This document shows, piece by piece, positions 1 through 10,248 of a DNA stretch of 57,540 bases. Both the position numbers and the translations under genes were made by a program. How positions within the stretch are numbered: the stretch's first letter is position 1; each line of letters starts with the position of its first letter. The notes beneath the pieces were generated by a model, which worked only from the letters and a program-made list of their open reading frames with translations, did no database searches and was not told where the DNA came from. The stretch lies in contig JAFZYC010000045.1 in NCBI GenBank assembly GCA_017616435.1, forward strand, positions 1 to 57,540, given 5' to 3'. Origin of the DNA: Clostridia bacterium. Lineage in GTDB: Bacteria; Bacillota; Clostridia; Christensenellales; CAG-138.

Positions 1-426
1 GAGATACGAGAAAGCATTGCCGGGTTCTTTGTTAAGATATTCAGCGATCATGCAGAATACTCAGATCCCGCTATAACGCGAGATAGGATAGACGAAGAGT
101 ATTGCTTGAATCCTATTCCCGAAGGCTTTACATTGCTCAGTGAAGAAAAGGCTGATGATTTTGTAGAGGTAATATATACTAATAATGAAGATAATATAAT
201 AATGTTCCGCCAATCCGCAAAAGATACAAATAATGATATGGTGGATAATGAACACGGTGAGTTTTATGAGAGTGAAATAGGAGGCAAAACCGTATTGATC
301 CATATCTCAGAGGAAGGAGCTAAAGGCGCATGGGTTGAAAACGGGTATTACTTCTCTATAGATTATGGCTCGAGCATTGATTCCAAAACCTTTGAGACGT
401 GGATTGAATCAGTAAGAATCAAATGA
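1..426 (+). CDS. DUF4367-like membrane-anchored protein, probable ECF anti-sigma factor (5' end outside the window)
   Basis: Frame is open from base 1 (EIRESIAGFFVKIFSDH...NPIPEGF...GAWVENGYYFSI...WIESVRIK). The IPEGF and WxENGYYFSI pattern is typical of DUF4367. Confidence 0.65.
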   Translation, partial: EIRESIAGFFVKIFSDHAEYSDPAITRDRIDEEYCLNPIPEGFTLLSEEKADDFVEVIYTNNEDNIIMFRQSAKDTNNDMVDNEHGEFYESEIGGKTVLIHISEEGAKGAWVENGYYFSIDYGSSIDSKTFETWIESVRIK

Positions 427-429
427 TAC

Positions 430-471
430 TAACGAGCAATACGCCAGTTATCACTGGCGTATTGCTCGTTA
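430..471. terminator. Bidirectional hairpin terminator
   Basis: Perfect inverted repeat TAACGAGCAATACGCCAGT-tatc-ACTGGCGTATTGCTCGTTA between convergent genes. Confidence 0.8.
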
Positions 472-529
472 TGTAAATTGTGTTGTGTTATATGCAGAGT
501 CAACATCCTTCAGCTATGGTTTAGACACA

Positions 530-967
530 TCAGTATGTTGCCGTATCTGTTATCGTAATAACATCATTATTTCCACCGTTACCAGAGACAGTATAGGTGA
601 CCGTTACACGATAGGTACCGGTAGAATTCAAGTTACAAGAGAATGTGTGACTATAGTAATAGTTGGTTGTAGTATCATGCCATGTATTGTCGCTGTATCC
701 GATATCGACACGAGTCCAAAACAAACCAAGTATCTTTTTTTCTACATAGAGAGACGTCTCTATCCTTGTGGTTTTTCCATTCATTCCCATAACATTAAGC
801 TTGGCTGAAAGCATGCCGCTTGTGTTTATACTGACTAACATAGATGCACTGTTTGTGTTGTTATACATCATCGCAGCTTTAGCGGTGTTTTGGGGCACAA
901 AAATGCTCATTACAAGCATAAGCAACGCAAGTGCAAACATAGTTCCTCGTTTGGCCATAGTGTTCAT
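530..967 (-). CDS. Small secreted beta-rich protein
   Basis: GGAGGA RBS before MNTMAKRG. Signal peptide ends in AKA; the mature part is rich in Thr/Asn/Tyr. Confidence 0.75.
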   Translation of the reverse strand: MNTMAKRGTMFALALLMLVMSIFVPQNTAKAAMMYNNTNSASMLVSINTSGMLSAKLNVMGMNGKTTRIETSLYVEKKILGLFWTRVDIGYSDNTWHDTTTNYYYSHTFSCNLNSTGTYRVTVTYTVSGNGGNNDVITITDTATY

Positions 968-1007
968 TTTGATTCCTCCTGTTTTTGGCTTAGCCATTTT
1001 GTTATTG

Positions 1008-1036
1008 TTAACGTTCCAACTTAATCGAAACGTTAA
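1008..1036 (-). promoter_or_regulatory. Possible ECF-type promoter or operator for the secreted protein
   Basis: Inverted repeat TTAACGTT-N13-AACGTTAA. The minus strand reads AAC...CGTTA, resembling ECF -35/-10 elements. Confidence 0.3.
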
Positions 1037-1040
1037 AGTT

Positions 1041-1556
1041 TTAATTAAAAGGGTGCAGCTCGCGCCCGTTTATAAAGCAATGATGAGTCATATAGTTTAG
1101 GATCACGGCTTCATCACACCAGTTCTTCATGCTTTCAGGGTATGGTATTCCGGTCAACTCATCCGCAAAGTCAAGGAGCCAGACAAAATCGTGCTTTTTT
1201 TCTCCGGACAATACATCCGTTTCAAATAGGATCCACACTGAGACCATGGATGGCTTCTCGTATATATCTGTCGATACATGGTACTGTTCGGAAAAATTTT
1301 TTGCTTTTTCAATAAACTCTTTTACTCGCGTCAAACGATTAATATCGGGAACATACACTGTTTCACTGAGCATTTTTGTTAGCAGATCTTCATTGGGAAT
1401 GCTTTTTTTACTCGCGATTCTTCTTTTTTTCGTTTTCTGAACAGCTTTGATTAAGGCATCCACGCTCACATTGCTTTCATCCATACATTCCCTGATCCAA
1501 TCTGAATCAGGATCTATGTATCGTTTGCTATATATAAGCTTGTCGGACTTTTCCAT
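1041..1556 (-). CDS. Hypothetical cytoplasmic protein
   Basis: 171-aa ORF with a GGAGGG RBS and no recognised motif. Confidence 0.7.
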   Translation of the reverse strand: MEKSDKLIYSKRYIDPDSDWIRECMDESNVSVDALIKAVQKTKKRRIASKKSIPNEDLLTKMLSETVYVPDINRLTRVKEFIEKAKNFSEQYHVSTDIYEKPSMVSVWILFETDVLSGEKKHDFVWLLDFADELTGIPYPESMKNWCDEAVILNYMTHHCFINGRELHPFN

Positions 1557-1590
1557 GGTATTTACCCTCCCTTCGGTCCTTCATTTCGTC

Positions 1591-1633
1591 CTCTATCTCT
1601 ATTACAATCGAACTTGCCAAAAGGGGACAAAGA
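1591..1633 (-). promoter_or_regulatory. Conserved promoter-like motif, copy 1 (TTGTCCCCTT-N13-TTGTAAT-N5-TAGAG on the minus strand)
   Basis: Aligns without gaps to 27109-27151 and 30517-30559. Lies directly upstream of a minus-strand gene. Confidence 0.7.
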
Positions 1634-2283
1634 AATAATAATATATTTTGTATCGTTGTTCCTACCATCTTTCCTTCGAATACTTCAGAAGCACTATACA
1701 GGAGCAATATACGCGTTCTATATTATATACAGAAAACGTTTTGAAATTATTTCAATGCATGCATACGCATCATCGACTTTTTATATAAAAACAGCCACGG
1801 ACGCCCGCGGATATGTATAACACCTGTATATCAGTCCTTATGAACTGTTATCGGGACGACAAAACGCCATCTGAGCGCATGCCGCATTTGATATTTCGTT
1901 CATCATGCAAAAAAATAGAAGGCTGCATGCCTTCTTCTTCGTTTGCACTATCGTCTCTTATTACTCTCAATTCCTCTGCTGATGCTTCAATCCAACATGC
2001 TTCAAGCTTGATTTCAAACGCAGACCATTCCGCATGATTTTGTGCTTTTAATCCGCATCATTTATCATGCTTGCAGCTATCGTTATAGTTTTTCAATATA
2101 AGAACTGAGTTCCATATAGTTTTCCCCCTATGAGATATTCATTAGAGTATAGAACCATACGGAACTGCTGTCCATCCAACTATCGGTTATTCATTATACA
2201 AGATTCTCTGTGCGATTGTTGGCATACGCCTTATTGATTCATGCCTTATTCGCATAGTGATTTCAAAACACAGCTGACTAGGG

Positions 2284-3480
2284 TTAGCATATTAAACGTA
2301 AATCATGGTCGCTTTTCAATATACGTTCACAAGTATTTATGCTGTCAAAGTCATGCATGTATTGAGGTACAGTCAGCTTGAATGCTCTTGATAAAATGCA
2401 GCAATACTGCATATTTTCAGAAATGGGTTCTCCGCTTGTCGGAAAAACATAGTTGAATCCCAAGTCGGAAGCTCTCTTTGAAGCACAGGAAAAATAACGA
2501 ATGCCGATCAACTGATCATACTTTTTGCAACGCTTCTTTGATCGATTACTCGTGTAGTTTTCGCAGTATTCAGAACCGCCGTTACAGCAGTCGATGCAAT
2601 CTCTGCAGTCCGACTTGCCGTCTCGACTCATTTCAGCACGAACCCATTGCATAAGAAGCTGCGGTATAATGTATTCTGCGGCAAACGGATCATTTTTGTT
2701 TGTCCTAATAAATGAGCATGCAGCTATCAGCGGATACCAAAGGAGATAGGCTGTCCGTACCTCATCATTATGCAACATATCAGGATCTATACACCTTCGT
2801 TTGCTTTTGTTTCTGCTATTATTGTTCTCTATAAAGTCCTGGGGCTTAATGCCGAGTTCAATCACTTTGATGTCTGTGTTGGACTGTTCTATGGATCTTT
2901 CCAGTTTAAACATCGAAGCCAAAACCCTATCGTATCCTGGATTTACATGTATTTCTTCGCAGCATAGTTCGAGAGATGTGCCAAGATAAAGACTTGGGTA
3001 TCCGGCTATGCTGTATCGACAAGTGGGCACCTTGGATCTGAGATTGAACGGGGCATGGAACATACGGCTTCTGTCATAAGGTTTGATATCATTAACACAT
3101 GCTGCGCGGTACAAACATAGGCTATCCTCTATGTCGATACCTTTTCGCATACTGCTTTTGTAGTATATCTTAAGCGGTGTTCTCATCAGCACTTTCATCG
3201 CCACAAAAAGGGTTTCAAACGCTCTTGCTGGGAACCCATCTAAATATGCTTTAACAGATGCGTGAATGCTGTCGCACGCATTTCTGATAGTGGCATGGTA
3301 TTTCTCGTACTCTGTTTGACCGATATGCTGTTCAAAAAAAACGTTTACTCTTTCAAGGTAATGATCAAACAATGCCTTTAGTGCTTTGTAAAAAACCGAT
3401 CCGTCCCATACTTGGGGAAGAAATAGTTCTTTATCATCAAACAGCTTCCTGAATTCTGAATCAGATATATCAAGGATCAT
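2284..3480 (-). CDS. RES-domain-like protein with a Cys-rich insertion
   Basis: Motifs LYRA, RMFHAPF, RYSIAGYPSLYLG..L..CCEE, EYIIPQLLMQW and GIRYFS match the RES-family pattern. Confidence 0.65.
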   Translation of the reverse strand: MILDISDSEFRKLFDDKELFLPQVWDGSVFYKALKALFDHYLERVNVFFEQHIGQTEYEKYHATIRNACDSIHASVKAYLDGFPARAFETLFVAMKVLMRTPLKIYYKSSMRKGIDIEDSLCLYRAACVNDIKPYDRSRMFHAPFNLRSKVPTCRYSIAGYPSLYLGTSLELCCEEIHVNPGYDRVLASMFKLERSIEQSNTDIKVIELGIKPQDFIENNNSRNKSKRRCIDPDMLHNDEVRTAYLLWYPLIAACSFIRTNKNDPFAAEYIIPQLLMQWVRAEMSRDGKSDCRDCIDCCNGGSEYCENYTSNRSKKRCKKYDQLIGIRYFSCASKRASDLGFNYVFPTSGEPISENMQYCCILSRAFKLTVPQYMHDFDSINTCERILKSDHDLRLIC

Positions 3481-3542
3481 AACGATGCCCTCCTTCTAAA
3501 GATGTTGTTTTCTCTTCACAAGCTTTGTCGGACAGTATTTCG

Positions 3543-5003
3543 TCACAGTGTTTCCATTTGTACTATTTCGCTCAGCGGGCAAAGACGAACGCGGTCATTA
3601 TTGTTCGCCTCGTTTATTAGAGCTTCCTCAAACCCGTTTTCGGAGAACAGCATATAAAAGAAATCCGCGTTTTCCTTATATGCGCTCAGCTTGGCAGCTG
3701 TTTCAAGGTATTCCGCATATGTGAAAGGACCGTTCTTGAACTTGCATTCCCCGACGAGGTATTTGTCTTTCTCCCTGGATACCGCGAGAATGTCGATCTC
3801 TGTTTCCGCAGTGCGAAGACCGTTCGGGGAGGCAGGATCCTTAACGGTTGTTTTGCCCATCCATCTGCCCATCTTCGCGAAGCGGAAAGAAAGCTCATTC
3901 CTTTTTTGAAGCTCTCGCACATATTCCCGGCACACATCCTCAAACGCAAACGAGGCGTATTCGTGCAACGCAGGCTCAACAGCGTACTTATAAACGCCGT
4001 CAACATCTCCGGCTTCGAGATCGGAATAGTTTACGAAGGCAAAAGCGTACCAGAAACGGAAAAAGTTATCGGTAAGCCTATAAATACCTCTGCTTGTGTT
4101 CGACTTTTCCTTCGCTCCCGCGTCAACGGAGAACTCCCGTTCAACAATCCCGAGCTCAATAAGATTGCGGAGATAGACGCTGGTCTTAGAAGTATCGTCG
4201 ACAAGGGACTTTTGGCTTATATCGTTCAGCCTCGTGTTGCCAAGTGCGACAGCTTCTATTATGGAATTATAGATCGGCGTTTCCCGAAGCTCCTGCCGCA
4301 GCAGGAAATCGACCTCGCTGTACAGCGCACAGCCCTTGGTTAGTATGTTGCGTTTGATATTCTCCGCAAGCGTCAGCTTGGGGTCAAACTGTTTCAGATA
4401 GTGCGGTATCCCTCCAAGCACCGAATAGGCGATCACTTTGTCCCTGTCGGAATAATCGGGAAAGAACTTAACGGCTTCGTAAAATCCCATGGCGTTCATC
4501 TTGTAAATTCCGGTCGCCCTGCCGTAAAGCGGATTCTTCTCTGCAAGCAACTCCTTTTCGATAAAGCTCATTGCGCTTCCGCAGAGTATGAGCATGACGT
4601 TGGAATCCTTCAGCACCTCGTCCCAAAGATTCTGGATAATAGACGGTATGCTCGGATTATCCTTGCACATATATGGGAACTCGTCTATGACGAGGAGCTT
4701 TTTCTTATCGCCGTAAGGAAGATCGAGCATTGCACGGAAAGCTCTATCCCAATCCGGGAAGCGATCCAGATACCTCCTTGCCGGTATATCCTCCTGAAGC
4801 AGCTTTTCCGAAAAGCTTTTTAGCTGTATCCCGTCGGTACATTCGCGGCAAGCGTAAAAAACATGCGGTTTGCCTTCGCAAAACTTCTTGAGAGTTTCCG
4901 TTTTTCCGACGCGCCTCCTGCCGTACAGGACTATGAGCTGCCCGCCTGCCGCTTGATACTTGCTTTCAAGAAACGCAAGCTCCGCTTCACGGCCTATAAA
5001 CAT
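3543..5003 (-). CDS. Archaeal-type AAA ATPase (ATPase_2) with DUF234 / PD-(D/E)xK-like C-terminus
   Basis: MFIGREAEL start, Walker A GRRRVGKT, Walker B LVIDEFPY, DNFFRFW and EIDI...GECKF. Confidence 0.85.
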   Translation of the reverse strand: MFIGREAELAFLESKYQAAGGQLIVLYGRRRVGKTETLKKFCEGKPHVFYACRECTDGIQLKSFSEKLLQEDIPARRYLDRFPDWDRAFRAMLDLPYGDKKKLLVIDEFPYMCKDNPSIPSIIQNLWDEVLKDSNVMLILCGSAMSFIEKELLAEKNPLYGRATGIYKMNAMGFYEAVKFFPDYSDRDKVIAYSVLGGIPHYLKQFDPKLTLAENIKRNILTKGCALYSEVDFLLRQELRETPIYNSIIEAVALGNTRLNDISQKSLVDDTSKTSVYLRNLIELGIVEREFSVDAGAKEKSNTSRGIYRLTDNFFRFWYAFAFVNYSDLEAGDVDGVYKYAVEPALHEYASFAFEDVCREYVRELQKRNELSFRFAKMGRWMGKTTVKDPASPNGLRTAETEIDILAVSREKDKYLVGECKFKNGPFTYAEYLETAAKLSAYKENADFFYMLFSENGFEEALINEANNNDRVRLCPLSEIVQMETL

Positions 5004-5023
5004 AATGCACCTCCAAGCAACAA

Positions 5024-5051
5024 TCTAATCACGATTAAGTAAATCACGATT
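5024..5051. promoter_or_regulatory. Tandem palindromic operator (AATCACGATT x2) upstream of the ATPase gene
   Basis: Two AATCACGATT boxes 15 bp apart. A 24/28-nt copy occurs at 46757-46784. Confidence 0.5.
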
Positions 5052-5154
5052 TGATTATACGCCCTTTGTATAGAGAAGTCAACATAAAAGACAGAAAAAG
5101 GGGGTATTCGTCAAGATTAGTTTCCCCGTCAACGATTCAATACTAATTCCGCAA

Positions 5155-5682
5155 TCAATGCTTATCATATCTCAAAAAGTCATTCCGGTGTCCCTGTCTT
5201 GAAAGGCGATATCCGCGCGATATAAGCGTATCTGCCTTTAACGCAATGAGATTGATATCAGAATGCATTGCCATTGCTATCTGCTGCACATCGTATCCCA
5301 TTGAACAATAATCAAGGAATTCTTCGTCGTCAAGCTCGATCTGTGAAGCAAACACATTCGCTTCGTACTCCATTCTGCTGTCCGCCATATTGAAGATGTT
5401 GAATTCCTTAAAGCCGCCTGCTCTTGCTGCTTCTGCCCTATGAAGCACGTCATGGCCAATCTCATGAAGAAGGACTATCCGCTTGGGAGCCGGCTGAAGG
5501 TTTTCATTGATAAATATGAAACGGTTTCGCTTGATGACTTTATATGCTCCGCGCTGGCGTTCAAAGTTACATGGCATTATTTCCACACCTATGTTTTCCG
5601 CTATCCTGTACGGATCGCGTGTCCCGCATGATTTAACAAGCTTATTTGCCTTTTTAACGATTTCCGAAGTCGGGTTATACAT
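5155..5682 (-). CDS. ImmA/IrrE-family metallopeptidase
   Basis: TRDPYRIA, HEIGH (HExxH) and EYEANVFA motifs; lies directly downstream of an XRE gene. Confidence 0.9.
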   Translation of the reverse strand: MYNPTSEIVKKANKLVKSCGTRDPYRIAENIGVEIMPCNFERQRGAYKVIKRNRFIFINENLQPAPKRIVLLHEIGHDVLHRAEAARAGGFKEFNIFNMADSRMEYEANVFASQIELDDEEFLDYCSMGYDVQQIAMAMHSDINLIALKADTLISRGYRLSRQGHRNDFLRYDKH

Positions 5683-5741
5683 CCCAGATCCACCTCTGAC
5701 ATGAACAACATACAAATCTAATCTCGGTTTTTTCGAAGGTA

Positions 5742-6155
5742 CTATTCATCCTTTCGATAGTCCTTTCGAGTGTATTTCTTTCTATTGTTTTCCTTGGCTT
5801 TCCAGAAAGCTTCTTGGACCTTTTTCATAAACTCGTCCATGTCCTCATCGGCCATTTCACCGCCTGCAAACAAACCATTGATATCAACAAGTAGCTCTTC
5901 GGCATCCTTCCTGCCTCGCGAGCCATAAAGAGCCTGGGCGTCTGCAATGAAATCATCATTTTCATTGTGAAGATAATCCGCGTTTATACCCAGTATCTCA
6001 GCAAGTCTCCCATATACAGCACGATCCTGCGGATACGTCTTGCCTTGTTCATAGTAGCTGATTGTTCTCAAAGATAACCCTGCAGCTTTTGCAAGCTCCG
6101 CCTGTGTCATTCCTTTTTCCTGCCGCTCCTTTCGGAGCTTTTCTCCAAACTTCAT
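5742..6155 (-). CDS. XRE-family HTH repressor (ImmR-like)
   Basis: MKFGEKLRKERQEKGMTQAELAKAAGLSLRTISYYEQGKTYP. Confidence 0.9.
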   Translation of the reverse strand: MKFGEKLRKERQEKGMTQAELAKAAGLSLRTISYYEQGKTYPQDRAVYGRLAEILGINADYLHNENDDFIADAQALYGSRGRKDAEELLVDINGLFAGGEMADEDMDEFMKKVQEAFWKAKENNRKKYTRKDYRKDE

Positions 6156-6174
6156 AAGTCCCCCTAAAGCAATG

Positions 6175-6291
6175 TGCAAATCGATTGCACTTTTTTGATT
6201 AAAACTATTGACAACCGCTTCGTCAATGCTTATAATGCACAACGAGCAATCCGATTGCATATATGTTACATCAGATTGCGTAGTCTGTCAA
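6175..6291. promoter_or_regulatory. Face-to-face sigma-A promoters with GCAAT-N3-ATTGC operators
   Basis: Plus strand: TTGACA(6208)-N17-TATAAT(6231). Minus strand: TTGACA(6291)-N17-TAACAT. Palindrome GCAATCCGATTGC at 6246-6258, with variants at about 6176 and 6270. Confidence 0.7.
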
Positions 6292-6320
6292 GCATTTTAT
6301 CCAAATGATTTGGAAAATGT

Positions 6321-8090
6321 TTGTTTTTTGAGCCAAGCATTAATAATGAAAGGGACAAAGAATTGAACGGAAAAGAGCTGTACAGATATGATTTGAAAAA
6401 GCAGTATGCTAGCAGGCCGTCGTTTACCCATCTTACAAGAGAACGTTTTATAGAATCGATACATCAAGAAATAGCAATGCGCTTGCGTACATATGATATT
6501 GATTTGTTAAGCACAGAAATAGAATCGGTATGCATAAGCGGATTCAAAGACGATTCATTATTTTTCTATGCTTACTGCCGCAGCCTTATCAATGATAATG
6601 GAAGGGAAGTATGCGCTTCCTTCACAGTTAAATGTATGACCTTGTGTTCAGAGGGATACCGAAGAGTATCTATAACCGATGTCTGCTCAGGAAAGAGAGC
6701 ATGTATACCGGATATACCTTTGGGAGACGATCTTGTTCCGCTCATAGGTAAGAACAATGTTGACGCCATGTCCAAGCGACTGATAGATTACATCAAGAAC
6801 GGCCTCCGCATCTTTGCAGATCAATCGGACGGTTATGCTCTTGCACAAGCACTGGGTCTTAAAGTAGTATTCATACCGTTCGATGCCTCCGGAAATATTC
6901 TTGGCAAGCTGTTATTTGAAGGAACCGATATGGATATTATCTTAAACGGCAGTAAGCAAAAAGCTCATTTTGATGCCAAGACCATCATTCTCAATAAAAG
7001 AAAACCAACTTGCGGGTTAAGTGGCTGCGACAATAACACACTGCTTCACGAGTGTGTGCACTGGCTGCTCCACAGATATGCATACAGACTTGAGAAGGAA
7101 TTCAATGGCAAACAAGAAATCGCTGCTTTCAGATCCGTTGCATCTTTAGCATGGCAGTCTGCCGATCCGATCGACCGTATGGAATGGCAGGCGAATGCTG
7201 TTTCTCCAAGGATATTGCTGCCGGAAGCTAAGACAAGGACCTTGGTGGATCTCTATTCCGACAATAGTCATGATTCAACTCGTAAAGGCGGCATTAACAG
7301 TTCTGTTGTGGGTATTGTATCTAACTTTTCGATCTCACGGTCCTTAGCGAGTATACGTTTATCAGAGCTTGGATACTACAATATATCGGGTGATATGTTT
7401 GCAAATATACAGCATATGTATTCGATTACGCCAAAGCAAGCTCTGAAGGAATACGAACGGAATGAAAAACTGCGAGGATTGCTTGAGAATGGGCAATATG
7501 TCTACATAGACGGACGTTTTTGTGAGCTTCATGGAAGGAACATACTAAAGGACCAAAATGGCGAACTCCATATCTCCGATTATGCAGCAACGCATCAAGA
7601 TAAATGCTGTCTATGGTTTGCTAAAAAATCGCGCTGTATTGTTTCAGTCGATGGAATGTGCCGAGGAAAGGATGAAGAGGTTTCATTTGGTGGTTCACCT
7701 CAAAGTATCGTTGACTTTACTAAGCAAACTATTATGCTGACAGAGATACTGCAAACGCTTCCTTCAACTTATTCAGGAACACTTAGAGCACATATAAAAA
7801 GGAGTGGTTTGACTACTGAAAAGCTTGCGGAAATATGTGAAATAAGCGAAAAGACCATTCAACGATATAAAACATCGGATGAGAATGAATGTGAGTTGTC
7901 AATCCTTGTTGCTCTATGTGTTGGTTTGAAACTGCATCCAATACTCTCTTTTGACTTACTCTCAAAGGCAGGATATGGGTCACTAAGATCATCAAAGAAG
8001 CATACAGCTTACAAACTGGTTTTACTAACAATGTATGAATGTACGGTTTCTCAATGCAATAAGTTTCTCCGTGAAGCTGGCGGTTGTTGA
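6321..8090 (+). CDS. Large ImmA/IrrE-type peptidase-domain protein with a C-terminal XRE HTH
   Basis: HECVHW and MEWQANA motifs; C-terminal GLTTEKLAEICEISEKTIQRY. Exact start codon is uncertain. Confidence 0.75.
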   Translation: MFFEPSINNERDKELNGKELYRYDLKKQYASRPSFTHLTRERFIESIHQEIAMRLRTYDIDLLSTEIESVCISGFKDDSLFFYAYCRSLINDNGREVCASFTVKCMTLCSEGYRRVSITDVCSGKRACIPDIPLGDDLVPLIGKNNVDAMSKRLIDYIKNGLRIFADQSDGYALAQALGLKVVFIPFDASGNILGKLLFEGTDMDIILNGSKQKAHFDAKTIILNKRKPTCGLSGCDNNTLLHECVHWLLHRYAYRLEKEFNGKQEIAAFRSVASLAWQSADPIDRMEWQANAVSPRILLPEAKTRTLVDLYSDNSHDSTRKGGINSSVVGIVSNFSISRSLASIRLSELGYYNISGDMFANIQHMYSITPKQALKEYERNEKLRGLLENGQYVYIDGRFCELHGRNILKDQNGELHISDYAATHQDKCCLWFAKKSRCIVSVDGMCRGKDEEVSFGGSPQSIVDFTKQTIMLTEILQTLPSTYSGTLRAHIKRSGLTTEKLAEICEISEKTIQRYKTSDENECELSILVALCVGLKLHPILSFDLLSKAGYGSLRSSKKHTAYKLVLLTMYECTVSQCNKFLREAGGC

Positions 8091-8108
8091 TTTGCATAGA
8101 GCCCCTGA

Positions 8109-8800
<692 letters not shown>

Positions 8801-8813
8801 CCTTGATCTCCTT

Positions 8814-9653
8814 TCACTTTCCCTTGTCCTTGTCCTTGATATTCCTTTCAAGCATACGGATTATCGCATTGCGGATATCGACCGCCGTTCGGGCATTGGG
8901 GAAATACCGATGCAGGTCTTCAAAGCTGAAGCTGACCTTTTCACGCTGATTGGGCTTTTCCTCCGCCATGGTGGAATAGAGCTCGTCCTCATCGAGTGTG
9001 CCGGTATTCGTTGCCTTATGCATACGGTTCGCCTGAGAATATGAGGGCGTACAGTCGTTGAACTCGATAGCCGTAACGAGCGAAGCCTGAAGCTCGGGAT
9101 CGAGGAAGGATAATTCCACGCCTACCGAAAACGCTATACGCTCGGAATCGACCATGTCGAGTAGAGCGGGAATAAGGTGAGTAAGGCGGATGTAACGCTT
9201 TACCTGTGTGGGACCGTCATCATCAGAAATCTCCGCGGCTGCCAACCTCGGACCGATTCGGTCCGAAGTCATATCGGTACGGCTGCCTTGATGCTTCATG
9301 GCTTCCAGCTTCAGCTTATAAGCAAACGCCTTTTCGCTCGGCAGTATGTGCTCACGGTTCAGGTTGCTGTCGACGAGCGCGACCGCCGCTTCGTCCCGTG
9401 TAAGGCTGACTTCGATAACAGGCACGGTCTTGAGCCCCGCCTTCATAGCGGCGTGCGCTCTGCGGTGTCCGCTGACGATCTCGAAGCCGGTATCGATAGG
9501 CCTCACGATCAGCGGCACCATTATCCCGTACTCCCGGACGCTCTTGACGAGGGCGTCCATCTCGTCGTTATCGAGCACCTTGTAGGGGTGCCCCTTAAAT
9601 GGGTGTATCTTGCTTGCCGGGATCATTACCGGCGTGTTGTTTGATTGTTTCAT
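8814..9653 (-). CDS. ParB/RepB/Spo0J-family protein of a mobile element
   Basis: FKGHPYKV, EIVSGHRR, VDSNLNRE.ILPSEKAFAY and QVKRYIRLT motifs. Confidence 0.85.
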   Translation of the reverse strand: MKQSNNTPVMIPASKIHPFKGHPYKVLDNDEMDALVKSVREYGIMVPLIVRPIDTGFEIVSGHRRAHAAMKAGLKTVPVIEVSLTRDEAAVALVDSNLNREHILPSEKAFAYKLKLEAMKHQGSRTDMTSDRIGPRLAAAEISDDDGPTQVKRYIRLTHLIPALLDMVDSERIAFSVGVELSFLDPELQASLVTAIEFNDCTPSYSQANRMHKATNTGTLDEDELYSTMAEEKPNQREKVSFSFEDLHRYFPNARTAVDIRNAIIRMLERNIKDKDKGK

Positions 9654-9719
9654 ACTAAATATCCTTTCGTTGTTGTTTTGTTGGAATGGCAAGGAGCGCC
9701 CATGCGGACGCTCCCGGTG

Positions 9720-9980
9720 TTATCGTTCGTATTCGTAATCGTGTTCAATGGGCCTGAGTTCGTTATCCGTATAGAAAGCTCTCTGCATCTTCGGGATATC
9801 GGCCTCAAGTTCGTCGCATATACGTAGCTCCCTGCGTATCCGCCGGAGCTCGGCAGTGAGATCGGCGATCTCGGGATCCTTTTCTCCGGTGCGGCGCTGT
9901 TTTCTGCGAAGCTCATTCCGTCTGTCTGCAAGCTCGGTCTGCCTTTTGATGAGCGCATCACGGCGAGAGTATGGTGTCAT
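9720..9980 (-). pseudogene. Probable C-terminal remnant of a relaxase/mobilisation protein
   Basis: Coiled-coil (IADLTAELRRIRRELRIC) ending in HDYEYER, upstream of parB-tnpW-recombinase, with no good RBS. The call rests on gene context. Confidence 0.45.
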
Positions 9981-10248
9981 TATACATCACAGCAATAATA
10001 AGAAAAGGACACAAAGCGAGAATTTGGGCAAATAGGGAAGATGCGGGATCGATACATAAAAGAATTATAGCCGTTTCCTGCGAAAATATATTTTGCACTC
10101 GAGCTTTTCATCCGAATAGATCGCCTATCTGAAATATCATTTAAGTAGAAAGGAGTAATAAGCGTAGCAGCGCATACCTTATGCAGAAGTATGATAAACG
10201 CTGTTTTCACTAAAACATCAGCCTGAATTATAATCACGGAGGTATAAA

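Noticed and set aside
1849-2115. Possible degraded minus-strand gene (MELSSYIEK...AEWSAFEIKLEACWIEAS)
   Set aside because: It is interrupted by stops and frameshifts and belongs to no recognisable family, so it is too weak to call.
6349-6362. AAAGGGACAAAGA, resembling the three-copy promoter motif
   Set aside because: It lacks the ATTACAA and CTCTA boxes at the fixed spacing.
9981-10016. AAAAGGACACAAAG as a fourth copy of the promoter motif
   Set aside because: Only loosely similar, with no TTGTAAT box; it may be a different promoter or a junction sequence.
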